In this document: positions 1 through 11,820 of the stretch, one piece after another
Position numbering within the stretch: position 1 is the stretch's first letter
How the letters are laid out: each line of letters opens with the position of its first letter
DNA from: Octopus bimaculoides
Taxonomy: Eukaryota
Assembly: GCF_001194135.2 (NCBI RefSeq)
Contig: NC_068987.1
Location: 38,929,778 to 38,964,740 of the forward strand
Length of the DNA: 34,963 bases
Direction: 5' to 3'
Position numbers and translations under genes: made by a program
The notes under the pieces: model-generated
What the model was told of the DNA's origin: nothing
Databases searched by the model: none
What the model saw: only the letters and a program-made list of their open reading frames with translations

Positions 1-64
<64 letters not shown>
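1..64. repeat. (GT)n microsatellite
   Basis: Pure GT dinucleotide run from the window start. Confidence 0.99.
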
Positions 65-67
<3 letters not shown>

Positions 68-1724
68 TATAAGAAGACATATGTATATGGCCAAGGGCAT
101 CTGTCAGTTAATGTTTATATGTATTGCGCATTGCTATATTTATATATTGTTATTTATATATTATTTGTACACGTAGAACTCATAAATAGATATACTTATG
201 GAAAATGTATAGTCCTTATACATTCTTCTAGGTACATAAGTAACGTATGGAATTACCTATATGCATTCTCCTACAATAGCATAATAAATAAATACAAAAC
301 ACCATGCGAAACACAGACAAGAAAAATGCAGTAACTATTTACAGCGAAATGACTTCCCAGTTTTTAACGTTTCCAAAACACCCACTTAGAATTTTGTTTT
401 TTAAATCTACTAAAAGAAATATCAATTCAACCTCAGTTTGAATGACCAACGAATTTATCTACAAACATTCCTTTGTGAAATTTAACTCAATAAAAAACAA
501 CTTCTATAGAAAGAATGCCGTAACCTAAATTTGAGAAACCTGAATTTCACATATTTGATTATACCACACAATTATTTGTATCAACGCATGCCCTATAAGC
601 ATTCCTCTCCATTCTCCTCTTCCTACACAAGTCTTTCCACGGTTTACCTATAGCACACAAATTTTCATTGACATAGCTAATTATCATTCCACATAGCACC
701 ATCCAGCACACCCAAATCAACTTTCTAAAGACTACCAAAAGCCAAAAAGAACAAAAAGCCCAAAAGCAAAATTTGACGAAGGCGAGCACTATTGTGTACT
801 ATTAAAAGTATATGGATATAAAAAGATAACCTTTACAAGAGAACAGATGACGGTGACTTCGATGTTTCAGCTTGCTGGCTTCCACCAGACTGTGATTTGC
901 GTTAGAATTCTGTTAGTGTTTAGGGTTCAGTCGGGCATGAAAGTTGAGGTGTAAACAGACGTAATCAAATTCAGGTCACGACATTCTTTATCTAGAAAGT
1001 TGATTTTTGTTGTTTTAGGGTTCACAAAATGTAGATAAATCAGTTGGTCACACAGCATTCGTCAGAGTGAGGTTAAATTGGTGTTCGTATTATTAGATTT
1101 CTATTAAGACATTTTAAAGTAGGTATTTTGAAAAGGTTAAGATTGAGTAAATATGTTACTATAAATATTTATATGGGTTTTCTAATCTGTTCCTAGTGCG
1201 GTCATTTGTATTTTATATCATACTATTGTAAACAAATGTATACATGTAACTACATCGCATAACTTATACATCCAGATGAACACATAAAGTGATGCATCTT
1301 TTCATTTGTACATGTATAAACAATATATCAGTATAACAATATAACAATATATATGCTTATCCACACATAGGTATACTCGTACATACAGCTTCGCACATAT
1401 TCATACGTGTATGTGCGCATATATAAATATAAACCTATGCACAAATAAGAATAAGCGTACTGGGATGGATAAATACGTACACAACCATACATATGCATAT
1501 CCTATATGTATGCTAAAATGTATGGGGTGCAAACAGCAGAAGTAAGAAAATAACATGGAATTAAATTAGAGTTCAAAAAAAAAAAAGGAGTGAGACAATG
1601 ATATGTCTTATTTTCCAGTCTCTTTAACTTATACATCCAAAATATATTCCAAGAAGTTGGAGAAATGCTGATGTTACTTCATTATTAACACTGAGTACAT
1701 CAATTGGCCAATGCAGTCAATAAA

Positions 1725-1725
<1 letters not shown>

Positions 1726-1774
<49 letters not shown>

Positions 1775-1790
1775 GCGCGCGTGTGTGTGT
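1726..1790. repeat. (GT)n microsatellite with GC interruptions
   Basis: Direct reading. Confidence 0.97.
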
Positions 1791-1816
1791 TATACTATAT
1801 TATATTATATATACAT

Positions 1817-2212
1817 TATCTTTTACGTTTCAGTCATTAAGCTACAGCCGTGATGAGGCACTGCCATGAATGATTTAAGTCGAATGAATCAACTCCAGTA
1901 CTTCTCATTTTTATAAAGCTCGGTACTTCTATCAATCATTGTTTTATTTTACCGAACCGCTAATTAGGGATGGGTAAACAGACTAACACCAGCTGTCAAG
2001 CAGTGATGGGGACAAACATAAAGATACAAACGTATACATATATTGTACGACGCACTGAGGTTTCTTTCACTTTCCGCCTACCAAATCCACTCAAAGATTT
2101 AGTCAGCCCGTGGGTATAGTAGAAGACACACGATTAAGATGCCATGTTGTGGGACTGAACCTGGTGCAATGTGGATGGAAAGCAAACTTCTTACCACACA
2201 GTCACGCCTGCG
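1817..2212 (-). mobile_element. tRNA-head SINE, family A (diverged copy)
   Basis: Reverse complement aligns by eye with the copies at 7608-7988 and 7998-8370 (shared blocks such as GTGTCTTCTACTATA, GAGTGGATTTGGTAG, GCTTGACA, TAGCGGTTC, ATGACTGAAAC). Degenerate Pol III B-box-like GGTTCAGTCCC. Confidence 0.9.
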
Positions 2213-2216
<4 letters not shown>

Positions 2217-2275
<59 letters not shown>

Positions 2276-2290
2276 GTATATATACATATA
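2217..2290. repeat. (TA)n/(TGTA)n microsatellite
   Basis: Direct reading. Confidence 0.97.
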
Positions 2291-2300
2291 CATTGTGGGA

Positions 2301-2432
2301 TTTCGGGTTTGCTTAATATATCATAGGAAATGCATTCATTATCTAAACATTCCTCAGTTAATGCATATACTTTAACTGAAGAAGGTTTACGTAATGGATG
2401 CATTTCCTATGATATATTACGCAGACCTGAAA
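2301..2432. repeat. ~132-bp imperfect palindrome (inverted duplication of an HHR-bearing segment)
   Basis: Arm 2314-2361 (TAATATATCATAGGAAATGCATTC...CAGTTAA) is the near reverse complement of 2372-2419, around a 10-nt loop. Pairing extends to 2301/2432 with G-T pairs. Confidence 0.92.
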
Positions 2433-2445
2433 CGTGTGTATTAAA
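2371..2445 (+). ncRNA. Type I hammerhead ribozyme motif
   Basis: Stem I TTTAA (2371-2375)/TTAAA (2441-2445); core CTGAAGA (2376-2382); stem II AGGTTTACGTAAT/ATTACGCAGACCT (2383-2395/2416-2428); GAAAC (2429-2433); self-complementary stem III ACGTGTGT (with G-U pairs); GTA triplet, predicted cleavage after 2440. Confidence 0.85.
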
Positions 2446-2632
2446 TTATTTCAAAATATCACTTTTTGGCTTGACTTCATTATTACAACTAATGCGAATC
2501 GATGCATGTGCAAACTAATTTAACTTTTAAAATTTTTTTGTGCTTATACAAAGTGAGGAAAAAGAAAAATATGTTACGTTAAAATTAAATTAAAAGCAAT
2601 ATTCAAATATTTTTTAACGAAACCAAATTTAC

Positions 2633-2654
2633 TCTCTCTCTCTCNNNNNNNNNN

Positions 2655-2698
<44 letters not shown>
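2633..2698. repeat. (CT)n microsatellite spanning a 10-N gap
   Basis: Direct reading. Confidence 0.95.
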
Positions 2699-2699
<1 letters not shown>

Positions 2700-2950
2700 G
2701 CACATTATATATATATACCCCTACTCTGTTTCTGTGATTATTTTTCTTTTATTATGTAAATGTACTGTGTCTTTACTCAATGCCTGCCACCAAACCTAGT
2801 ATATGCGCTCAAATGCACCTCATGTTATCTCTCTTTGTATCTCTCCTTTACTCTGTCTCCCTTTCTCTCTATACAATGTAAAGCAAGACTGGAAAATCAA
2901 CGAATATTTATAACGGCTGTTGCGATATAGAAACATGTTTTATATATATA

Positions 2951-2981
2951 CTAGCATACCAGTGTCGTCAAAAATGCTGAC
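2951..2981 (-). mobile_element. Possible Helitron-type 3' terminus (short hairpin, then CTAG|T)
   Basis: Minus strand reads GTCA-GCATTTT-TGAC...GCTAG|T, similar to the clearer terminus at 16047-16073. The hairpin is weak. Confidence 0.4.
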
Positions 2982-3112
2982 AGTTCTAATAATGACAGAT
3001 AAAGGTGCATCAAAACAATAGGAGAAGCCGTTGATAAATGTCAGCAATTGAGTAAATATATGTAGATTCACAAAATTGAAGGACTTGAACAGAAAACTTT
3101 AGCGTCCTCGTG

Positions 3113-3158
<46 letters not shown>

Positions 3159-3789
3159 NNNNNNNNNNNNNNNNNNNNNNNNNNNNNNNNNNNNNNNNNN
3201 NNNNNNNNNNNNNNNNNNNNNNNNNNNNNNNNNNNNNNNNNNNNNNNNNNNNNNNNNNNNNNNNNNNNNNNNNNNNNNNNNNNNNNNNNNNNNNNNNNNN
3301 NNNNNNNNNNNNNNNNNNNNNNNNNNNNNNNNNNNNNNNNNNNNNNNNNNNNNNNNNNNNNNNNNNNNNNNNNNNATATGTATACACGTATGTATATAGT
3401 TCACGTATGTGTATATATAATACTAGCTACATTTTATCATATATATATATATATATATATATTTATATGTATATATACTGATATGTGCATTATATATACT
3501 AGCAGAAAGACTACCCTCCGGGCGGTTTTCTCTTTTTTAAACAAACATCACGTTAGTCCAACGACAGAAGGGGAAGCAGTTTGTCAAGTTTTATCTTCCC
3601 CTGAAAGCAACATACAAATTTTAATTTAGCAATCTTTCAGTAAGCTTTGCAGTATGTGTGAGAGAGAGAGGAGGAGAGAACATTGCAAACAATGAATGAA
3701 ATAAACATGAAATCAAAAAATCATATAAATAAAAGGGCATTACTACATGTATGTTATTTATACTACTGTATGTTATTTAAACGTAAATA

Positions 3790-6310
3790 GTAAGTGGAAA
3801 CTCGCTATAGGGCGAACGGATAGCAGAAATCTTCAGATGAAGAACTCTCGTCAATCAACTATTTCGGCCCTTTTGTTCCTGACAATCTAAGGCAGTTGAG
3901 CCAACCTAGGTCATGACTCTTAGGTGTCCTCGGAACATTCAAATGATCTTATTCCGAGCTGACCTAATAGTTGGTTCGTTAACACTGCAGTAAACTTTCG
4001 TGCAACAATATCCACTGTCTGTACTGTCGTATGGTACCCCTTCTTATGTCAGTTTTTTCACAAGGTCATCATATTTCCTCAAATGAAATCGATACTGTTC
4101 ACCTACTCGGACAAAAGAAATTGTCATCTCGACAAAGATGATTCTGGCATCTGATTTCGATCATGGGTCAATATCTGATATTTGCCTTTGTATACTGATG
4201 AAATTTGGATAGTTCTTCATGCCAGTCTGGAGATCTGCAGATATTTCCCATTCTCTTTGAAGTCGAAATAGATTTGGTCCGAGTGTAAAATCATCCCTGA
4301 GCATGTTTTTTTTTTTTTTTTAACCCATACCACTTCTCTTCTTTCCCTTCTGTTACAAACATCTGGGCTGAGCTCGTAGGTTCAGGCCTCCATTGAATAA
4401 TTTAGCTCTTCTTCTAGCATTCTGTTGTGTTTTTATGTGTATCTGCTATTGGTAAGAACCACCTTACCGAAATAAAGCACGTGCTCCAGAAACGACTTTA
4501 CTCCATTTCACAAGGTTGACCTTTGATGGAAGCAGGTCGTATGTGGCTAGTATAATGAAGTTCAACCTGAGAGGTGCCATCTTCCACACATCATTCTATG
4601 TAAGCAACATTTGCAATGACTCGTCTCAGTTATTTGCTGAGACGGCTGTACTGCTTTTGTGTATCTCCTTTTGTCCTCCTCTTACCTTACTTCTCGAATT
4701 ACCAAGTCTTAATGGCCCTCACCCGACGTTTTTGACTAACGTTGCATTTTACTTGTGCCTAATCTTTGTCTCCATATCTGAGTAAGTCCAATGATTTCCT
4801 TAAGGGCGTGGCTTTCTTTGGCATCTGTTGCAGCATCAAGGACCTTCCATTTCCTGCCAGTCTTCAATGTAGGCTGTACTGATCTGATCGCTCTGTCTTT
4901 GGAGCATTCTAACATTATCTACAGTCTTGTTTTGAATGCTTTTCGATTTAAGTGGCAACTTCAGTTTTGCCTGTCGGTAGTATAGGACGACATGAGACAG
5001 TCTAGGAGGTGCACGTAGCTATTTCCTGATGAATTTATTGATTTTTCGACTCCAGTGCTTCAACTGTACCAGTAGCAATTTCATATACATAAGTTGTAGT
5101 CACTGCAACATTGATATAAGCATATGTCGGAGGCACCACACTGTGTATTTCTCCAGCAATGGGCAACGGTCAATCTTCTTGAAACCTTCATCTGCTGTTT
5201 GGGCAGATTCTTTTATTTCTGGTGTCATTCAAAGTTTCATCATGCCACTCCCCAGACTTGTCACGAGTTGTTCTGGTAATGTGGAGGATTCTTTGGTCAT
5301 TCCCTTCGAAGTTGATTTCTTGGCTGACTTTCCCTTTTTTCAGAGAGAGTCTTCTGGACTCCTTAGGTTTGAAGGTTATCCTGCCCTTGACTTCTTAGGT
5401 TTGAAGGTTATCCAACTGAGTGAGGAAATTTCAAGTCTCTGACTCTTTGGATACCAGGATAGTAGTATCGACCAGGAAACCTGAAGCAGTAGCAATTGAC
5501 ATCCTCTGCTCAGTTTCACTGGTTTTAACTGACTTTCTGCAGCTCTGATAATCACCTGCATCACACCAGATTAAAGGGTATTTGTGACAATGTACATCCC
5601 ATTGCGATTACCACTTCCACTCTATTCCAATTCAATGTGTATTCACTAGTGCTGAAGCGTATCTTAAATACATTGAACAACGCACCAGGCATTTTGCATA
5701 TCTCCTTTGGAACACTGTACATCAGGAAAGAATCTATATCGTGATAGGTAGGGAACAGGACCATAGGCATTTATCAAATCCGACCAGATGACATGCAAGA
5801 CGGTGTTGTTCCCCGCCCGCTTCCCAGATCATACTCCCATATTCCAAGCAACCTGCTATTCCGGGGACATCGCCCTTCTGAACTGATATGCCGATATATA
5901 ATGTGAGTGAATAAATATACTTAATTTCCATGCCATTACCGCGAAGAATATCTTCGGTACGGCGGATTTTGTCCTAGTATTCTGAGATTTTATCTGTATA
6001 CACAGCGCGCTGCTCCTGAGTCACAGGTTGAGCTGTGCATCTCATCTTTGTTCGATGAGTCTTCCTTCTTTTGAGAGAACTGAATCTCACCCCCGACCCC
6101 CGACGCATACATAGTCCATTCACTGATCAGAAATCCTTTGTACATTCCGGGGCTGTTCCTGATTATCGTCTGAGGATTCATTATCTTCCCCCACCCTTTC
6201 GGTGAATCCTGGAGGACATTTTCCTTCATCTGATTCTGTAGTAAGATTAATAATGGACCTGGAAAAATAGCTTTCTGAGTAGTCTGTTTCTTCGACCGAT
6301 CACCTGAGCG
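3790..6310 (-). mobile_element. Decayed R2-superfamily (Hero-like) non-LTR retrotransposon: RT plus restriction-like endonuclease
   Basis: Minus-strand peptides across many stops and frameshifts: KIFFAVMAWKL; QKGDVPGIAGCLEY; LHVIWSDLINAYGPVP; VIAMGCTLS; WITFKPKKSR; NKFIRK*LRAPPRLSHVVLY; VQPTLKTGRKWKV; WNDVWKMAPLRLNFIILATYDLLPSKVNLVKW; RYT*KHNRML; WEISADL...IIFVEMT...RKY. These match the motif order I know from Hero-clade ORFs. Confidence 0.9.
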
Positions 6311-6454
6311 TTCAAATGAGTCGGGACTACAGTACAAAACACACACAAAATTACATCAAAAATAACCAATAACATATACTCTGCTTTTTATGTTCTACTG
6401 TTTAGAAGTCGGTGCACTAGCAGGGCCACAGTTAAATGACTGACACCAGAATTG

Positions 6455-6458
<4 letters not shown>

Positions 6459-6486
<28 letters not shown>
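6459..6486. repeat. (TA)n microsatellite
   Basis: Direct reading; it abuts the MITE's left end. Confidence 0.95.
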
Positions 6487-6489
<3 letters not shown>

Positions 6490-6702
6490 GGTCGGCTAAA
6501 GGTCACCTGACAGTAAATCAAAACAATTCAAATTCAGCAACCGAATGAATTTAATAAAAACATCTAAATATGAAACATCATAAAAATTGTTCAAACTGAA
6601 GTCCTACTGGAGCGACGCATTTTTCTATTCGAGTCAATACAGAATTACAGATAGTATTTATGGAACTTTCATTTACAGTTGGGTAACTTTTGGCCAACCC
6701 TG
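6487..6702. mobile_element. Tc1/mariner-type MITE (216 bp, TA target duplication)
   Basis: Left end TA|CAGGGTCGGCTAAAGGTCACC; right end reverse-complemented TA|CAGGGTTGGCCAAAAGTTACC. Imperfect TIRs of about 21-25 bp flanked by TA, with no coding capacity. Confidence 0.88.
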
Positions 6703-7607
6703 TATACTTTCTCTTTTACTCTTTTNNNNNNNNNNNNNNNNNNNNNNNNNNNNNNNNNNNNNNNNNNNNNNNNNNNNNNNNNNNNNNNNNNNNNNNNNNN
6801 NNNNNNNNNNNNNNNNNNNNNNNNNNNNNNNNNNNNNNNNNNNNNNNNNNNNNNNNNNNNNNNNNNNNNNNNNNNNNNNNNNNNNNNNNNNNNNNNNNNN
6901 NNNNNNNNNNNNNNNNNNNNNNNNNNNNNNNNNNNNNNNNNNNNNNNNNNNNNNNNNNNNNNNNNNNNNNNNNNNNNNNNNNNNNNNNNNNNNNNNNNNN
7001 NNNNNNNNNNNNNNNNNNNNNNNNNNNNNNNNNNNNNNNNNNNNNNNNNNNNNNNNNNNNNNNNNNNNNNNNNNNNNNNNNNNNNNNNNNNNNNNNNNNN
7101 NNNNNNNNNNNNNNNNNNNNNNNNNNNNNNNNNNNNNNNNNNNNNNNNNNNNNNNNNNNNNNNNNNNNNNNNNNNNNNNNNNNNNNNNNNNNNNNNNNNN
7201 NNNNNNNNNNNNNNNNNNNNNNNNNNNNNNNNNNNNNNNNNNNNNNNNNNNNNNNNNNNNNNNNNNNNNNNNNNNNNNNNNNNNNNNNNNNNNNNNNNNN
7301 NNNNNNNNNNNNNNNNNNNNNNNNNNNNNNNNNNNNNNNNNNNNNNNNNNNNNNNNNNNNNNNNNNNNNNNNNNNNNNNNNNNNNNNNNNNNNNNNNNNN
7401 NNNNNNNNNNNNNNNNNNNNNNNNNNNNNNNNNNNNNNNNNNNNNNNNNNNNNNNNNNNNNNNNNNNNNNNNNNNNNNNNNNNNNNNNNNNNNNNNNNNN
7501 NNNNNNNNNNNNNNNNNNNNNNNNNNNNNNNNNNNNNNNNNNNNNNNNNNNNNNNNNNNNNNNNNNNNNNNNNNNNNNNNNNNNNNNNNNCATATATATA
7601 TTGATAG

Positions 7608-7988
7608 TAATGGTAAGAAGTTTGCTTTTGTTCTGAGTTCAGTCCCATTGCGGACACCTTGGATAAGTGTCTTCTACTATAGCCTCGGGTTGACCAAAGC
7701 CCTGTGAGTGGATTTGGCGAACGGAAAGTGAAAGAAGCCTCTCTGTGTGTGTGTGCGCGCGCGCGTGTGTGTGTGTGTGTGTGTGTTTGTTCCCTACCAC
7801 TGCTTGACAACTGGGTTGGTTTGTTCACGTCCCCGTAACCTAGCGGTTCAGCAAAAAACACAGCGATAGAATAGGTACCTGGCTTTAATAAATAGTAAGT
7901 ACTCGGGTCGATTGGTTCGATTAAAATTCCTCAAAGCAATGCTCTAGCATGACTGCAGGATAATGACTGAAACAAGTAAAAGATAAGA
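7608..7988 (+). mobile_element. tRNA-head SINE, family A
   Basis: GAGTTCAGTCCC B-box-like motif, internal (GT)n, homology to 1817-2212 and 7998-8370, ends ...ATGACTGAAACAAGTAAAAGATAAGA. Confidence 0.9.
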
Positions 7989-7997
7989 CATTTATTG

Positions 7998-8368
7998 TAG
8001 CTGCGTGGTGAGAAGTTTGTTTCCCAGTCACATGGTTTCAAGTTCAGTGCCACTGCGTAGTACCTTGGGCAAGCGCCTATTATAGCCCTAGGCTGACCAA
8101 AGCCTTGTGAGTGGATGTGGTAGGCAGAAAGAGAAGCCGTCATACATGTATGTGTTTGTGGTGGGGGCACTTTGTGTTTAGGCCCCACCATCGCTTCACA
8201 ACCGGTGTTAGTTTGTTTAACTCTCTGTAACAAGCGGTTCAGCAAAAAAAAAACAATAGAATAATTATCAGGCTTTAAAAAAAATAAGTAGTGGGATTTA
8301 TTTGTTTCACTAAAACCTTTCAAGGTGGTGGCCCAGTATGGCCACAGTTAATAACTAAAACAAGTAAA

Positions 8369-8370
<2 letters not shown>
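7998..8370 (+). mobile_element. tRNA-head SINE, family A (second, directly adjacent copy)
   Basis: Starts TAGCTGCGTGGTGAGAAG (A-box-like), has AAGTTCAGTGCC, same body and ...AAAACAAGTAAAA end, followed by (TG)n. Confidence 0.9.
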
Positions 8371-8416
<46 letters not shown>

Positions 8417-8634
8417 NNNNNNNNNNNNNNNNNNNNNNNNNNNNNNNNNNNNNNNNNNNNNNNNNNNNNNNNNNNNNNNNNNNNNNNNNNNNNNNNNNNN
8501 NNNNNNNNNNNNNNNNNNNNNNNNNNNNNNNNNNNNNNNNNNNNNNNNNNNNNNNNNNNNNNNNNNNNNNNNNNNNNNNNNNNNNNNNNNNNNNNNNNNN
8601 NNNNNNNNNNNNNNNNNNNNNNNNNNNNNNNNNN

Positions 8635-8700
8635 GCTTGCTTGTGTGCGTGTGTGTGCTTGCTTGTGTGCGTGTGTGTGCTTGCTTGAGTGCGTGTGTGT
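8635..8700. repeat. 22-bp minisatellite, 3 copies (GCTTGCTTGTGTGCGTGTGTGT)
   Basis: Direct reading right after an N gap. Confidence 0.9.
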
Positions 8701-9004
8701 GCGCACACACACTCACACACAATTTTGTATGTATGTATATACACACACACATACAATTTTGTATGTATGATGTGTGTGTGCGCGCGCGTACAAACACACA
8801 GATCATACATACAAATATAGAAACAAATTATAAACATACATAAACACTCGGACATTCACATACACCAATTTAGCAGACCGTATTTAAGACCTATTCTATT
8901 GTGGTGCAGCCCTAAATTTGCCCCTGTTGGAAAGATCTACAAGCGTGTTTTGAGGGGCTTTTTTTTTTTTCGAGTCACTCTTAAATAAAAGCAGAAAAAC
9001 TTAC

Positions 9005-9085
9005 CTAGCGTGGTGTGATCAAAAACTACGTGAATGTCCAGCTAGTTTTTAAAAAGTAGCTTCGTCTCGTAACTGGGTGACAAAA
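9005..9085 (-). other. Candidate non-coding exon (81 bp)
   Basis: Minus strand has acceptor TTTGTTTTATAG| and donor CTAG|GTAAGT. All three frames contain stops, so it could only be a UTR or lncRNA exon. Confidence 0.25.
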
Positions 9086-9472
9086 CTATAAAACAAATTA
9101 TCAACTATGAAGTGCTGTATAACTGTTGTCGTTCCTACAGCTGCTGATAATGTTGAGGGTTGTGGTGTTGGTGGTGGTGGTGGTAGTTTAGCGGCGGAAT
9201 GGTGATAGTGGTATACCTTCCTAAACTACTTAACAGTACACACAGACACACTCAGTCATTTGTGTGTGTGTGTGTGTGTATATGAGCGGACACACCCCGT
9301 ATTTACGCTTAATGGTAGTTAAATTTCTAACAAACCAACCTACACTAGGAATGTCAGTCAGTTGTTGAACAGAGGAGACCAAGTCGTGGATTTGAGAGAA
9401 GCAGTGGAAATCGGAAACAAAAACAGTCAGACAGAATGTAAAGAATGTGAGAGATCTTAGAGAGACAGTCCA

Positions 9473-9526
9473 AGAGAAAGACATGCAGACAGAGAAAGAC
9501 ATGCAGACAGAGAAAGACATGCAGAG
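9473..9526. repeat. 18-bp minisatellite, 3 copies (AGAGAAAGACATGCAGAC)
   Basis: Direct reading, inside a GA-rich low-complexity tract. Confidence 0.92.
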
Positions 9527-10524
9527 AGACAAGGGAGAGACATACGTGAGAAACAGATAAACAGAGAGAGAGAGTGTGTGTGTGTATGTGCGGGAGATAG
9601 TCGAGGAGACAAATAGTGTGAAAGCCAGTGAGGAGACAGTCAGGGTGTGAGAGAGAGGGACTGAAAATCAGAAGTAATGTGTCAGAGAGAGAGAGAGATG
9701 GGGGCAAACAGTGGTTGAGAGGAAGACAGTGTGATAAAGAAAAAGAGAGGAGAGAGAGAGAGAGAGAGTAAAAGATCAGGTGTCAGCCAAAGCGAAAGAA
9801 TAAGTGGGAGTATAGTCGCAGGAAAAACATATATAAGAGGAGGGAGAAGTCGGCAAATAAAAGCACACTAAAAGAAAGAGAGGAAGAAGGGGAGACAGGA
9901 AGACAGACGAGAGGCGCAGAGAAACAGTCTAAGATAAATACAGGCAGGAACAAAAATGCAGAATTTCGGCCAGTATTGGTCTGGGGCATGTCAACTTTAA
10001 TAACATCATCCGCTGACGTCATTTGGAGACACCGTAACCTATTTTTGTGTGGCATTATTGTAGACCAAAACACATCCAGGTGTCGGTGATTTATCTCGTA
10101 TCTCTCAGAGGAGTTTGGGAAGAAAACATTTGAAGGTTATGAGGTCCTAATCCATTTTTTCATTTGTTTCTGAATAGAATTAAATACAACATAAAATGTT
10201 GAGGTAGAAAAAGGTGTATCACAATCGGAGACGAACTCGACTTTTGTATGGGACGCATGGCACAGAGCCAGTTCTTACGTAATTTTAAACTTAATGCTAA
10301 CATCTCTGGGCAGTATTAGTGGGATATTTTCCATGTTGTACAAATGATATAGAGCTCATTGCAGAGTTTGCGCGCGTGCGCGTGTGTGTGTGTATGTTTC
10401 ATGGTGAGTGCCTTTTAGTCAGGAAGCGAAGAACTGCCGATGACCTTTTTTCTCCTTTCTTCTTTTTTTTTTTAGGGACTCAGTGATGAGACAAGGAAGA
10501 GACAAAAGTTATCTTCAAACCGAA

Positions 10525-10720
10525 AACCAAGTCCGAGTGCATAAACTCAGAACGCAATGAATCGGAACAAATTCCGCAAGTTATCTATTTCATCCGATAC
10601 TCTAACGATTCCGCCAACTTATTGCTCTTCCCTAGTACTTTGTTTTATCGACCTTGAAAGGATAAAAGACTAAGTTGGCCTCAGTACGATTTGAAATCAG
10701 AGCACAGGCGGCCGTAAAAA
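10525..10720 (-). mobile_element. Two fragments of a tRNA-head SINE, family C
   Basis: Reverse complement of about 10632-10705 (CTGATTTCAAATCGTACTGAGGCCAACTTAGTCTTTTATCCTTTCAAGGTCGATAAA) aligns with 17048-17115. 10525-10620 looks like a second 5' head fragment. Confidence 0.7.
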
Positions 10721-11739
10721 TGTTTCAAGAAACTTTGTTTTATATTTGAAAATTACCTTTCAAATTCAACGGCGTTACACACATCCTCCTGAAGGTCTTC
10801 CCTTTAATCTTTTACTTATTTTTTCCCACCCAAACCCACCCAAAAGGTATCGTATTTAAAATGAAATTCCAACGTTACCTGTATTATTTTTAAGCTTCCT
10901 CTTGTCCTATATTTTCCAGGTTTAATGAATTCGGAATATTATTACAACTGCGCCAGCATTTTCCTATGCACATACATAGATACATACATACATACGTACG
11001 TATATGTCACCTCACCTTTTTGCTGACGACCTTAAACTTTATTGAAGTAATGTCCACGGTATAAAGAGCTGGTTAGAACTTTTCACAACAGAAACAAAGA
11101 CACAGCATTATCCCTAAAGCCCTCTGCAATGTTATCCACAGAAAATATTGTCCTAGGTGCCATACCAAAAGTACACAAAACCTGAATATATCCAAACCTT
11201 TTAAAAATAAAGATTTGTGGCAGTACATCCCTATAAGAACACCAAAAACAGCAACCCTGTATAAACATAATAGGTCCAATGCTGCTCTATGAGATATGGG
11301 ACCAAAAAAATATGAACTGTGGTAGAAATCAGCTTCCTGGTGTATGTGAATATTTCAACAAAAATCGAGGAAAAGGAAAACATCAATGAAGAAGAAATGA
11401 TATATTTACAGTTCTTATATCCAGAGTATAGATTTTTATTTGTACTCATTATGTGGACTGGGCTATGTAACAACAGATTTCCATAAAAGCCTAGAAATTC
11501 TGCAGCTCTCCAAGAAGAAAAAATAAAGCAACTTGATTCGAATTCTCCAAATATGATCGATTAGTAGTATAATAAAGCGTTCCATTTGAGGTTCCTGATT
11601 TGAACATTGCAGACAATAACATATACACATGGAATACACAGACACAAATACATACATAAACAGGCAGCGAAACACGCACACAAGTGTGTACTAATATCAC
11701 ATGCAAACCTATTATATGAGTGCGAGTTTATCCACATAC

Positions 11740-11744
<5 letters not shown>

Positions 11745-11807
<63 letters not shown>

Positions 11808-11820
11808 GTGTGCGCGCGCA
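11745..11820. repeat. (TA)n-(TG)n compound microsatellite
   Basis: Direct reading. Confidence 0.95.

Noticed and set aside
836-910. Minus-strand segment bounded by CTAACAG| and |GTAAAG with one open frame (NSNANHSLVEASKLKHRSHRHLFS)
   Set aside because: No polypyrimidine tract, a modest donor and no recognisable protein; too weak to call an exon.
3796-3850. CTGAAGA on the minus strand and CAGATGA/GAAAC on the plus strand near the Hero 3' end
   Set aside because: No arrangement gives correctly placed GAAA, NUH and three stems.
11040-11400. Peptide scraps resembling an L1 ORF2 C-terminus (LSTENIVLG; INIIGPMLLYEIW)
   Set aside because: Too short and too degenerate to support a call without a search.
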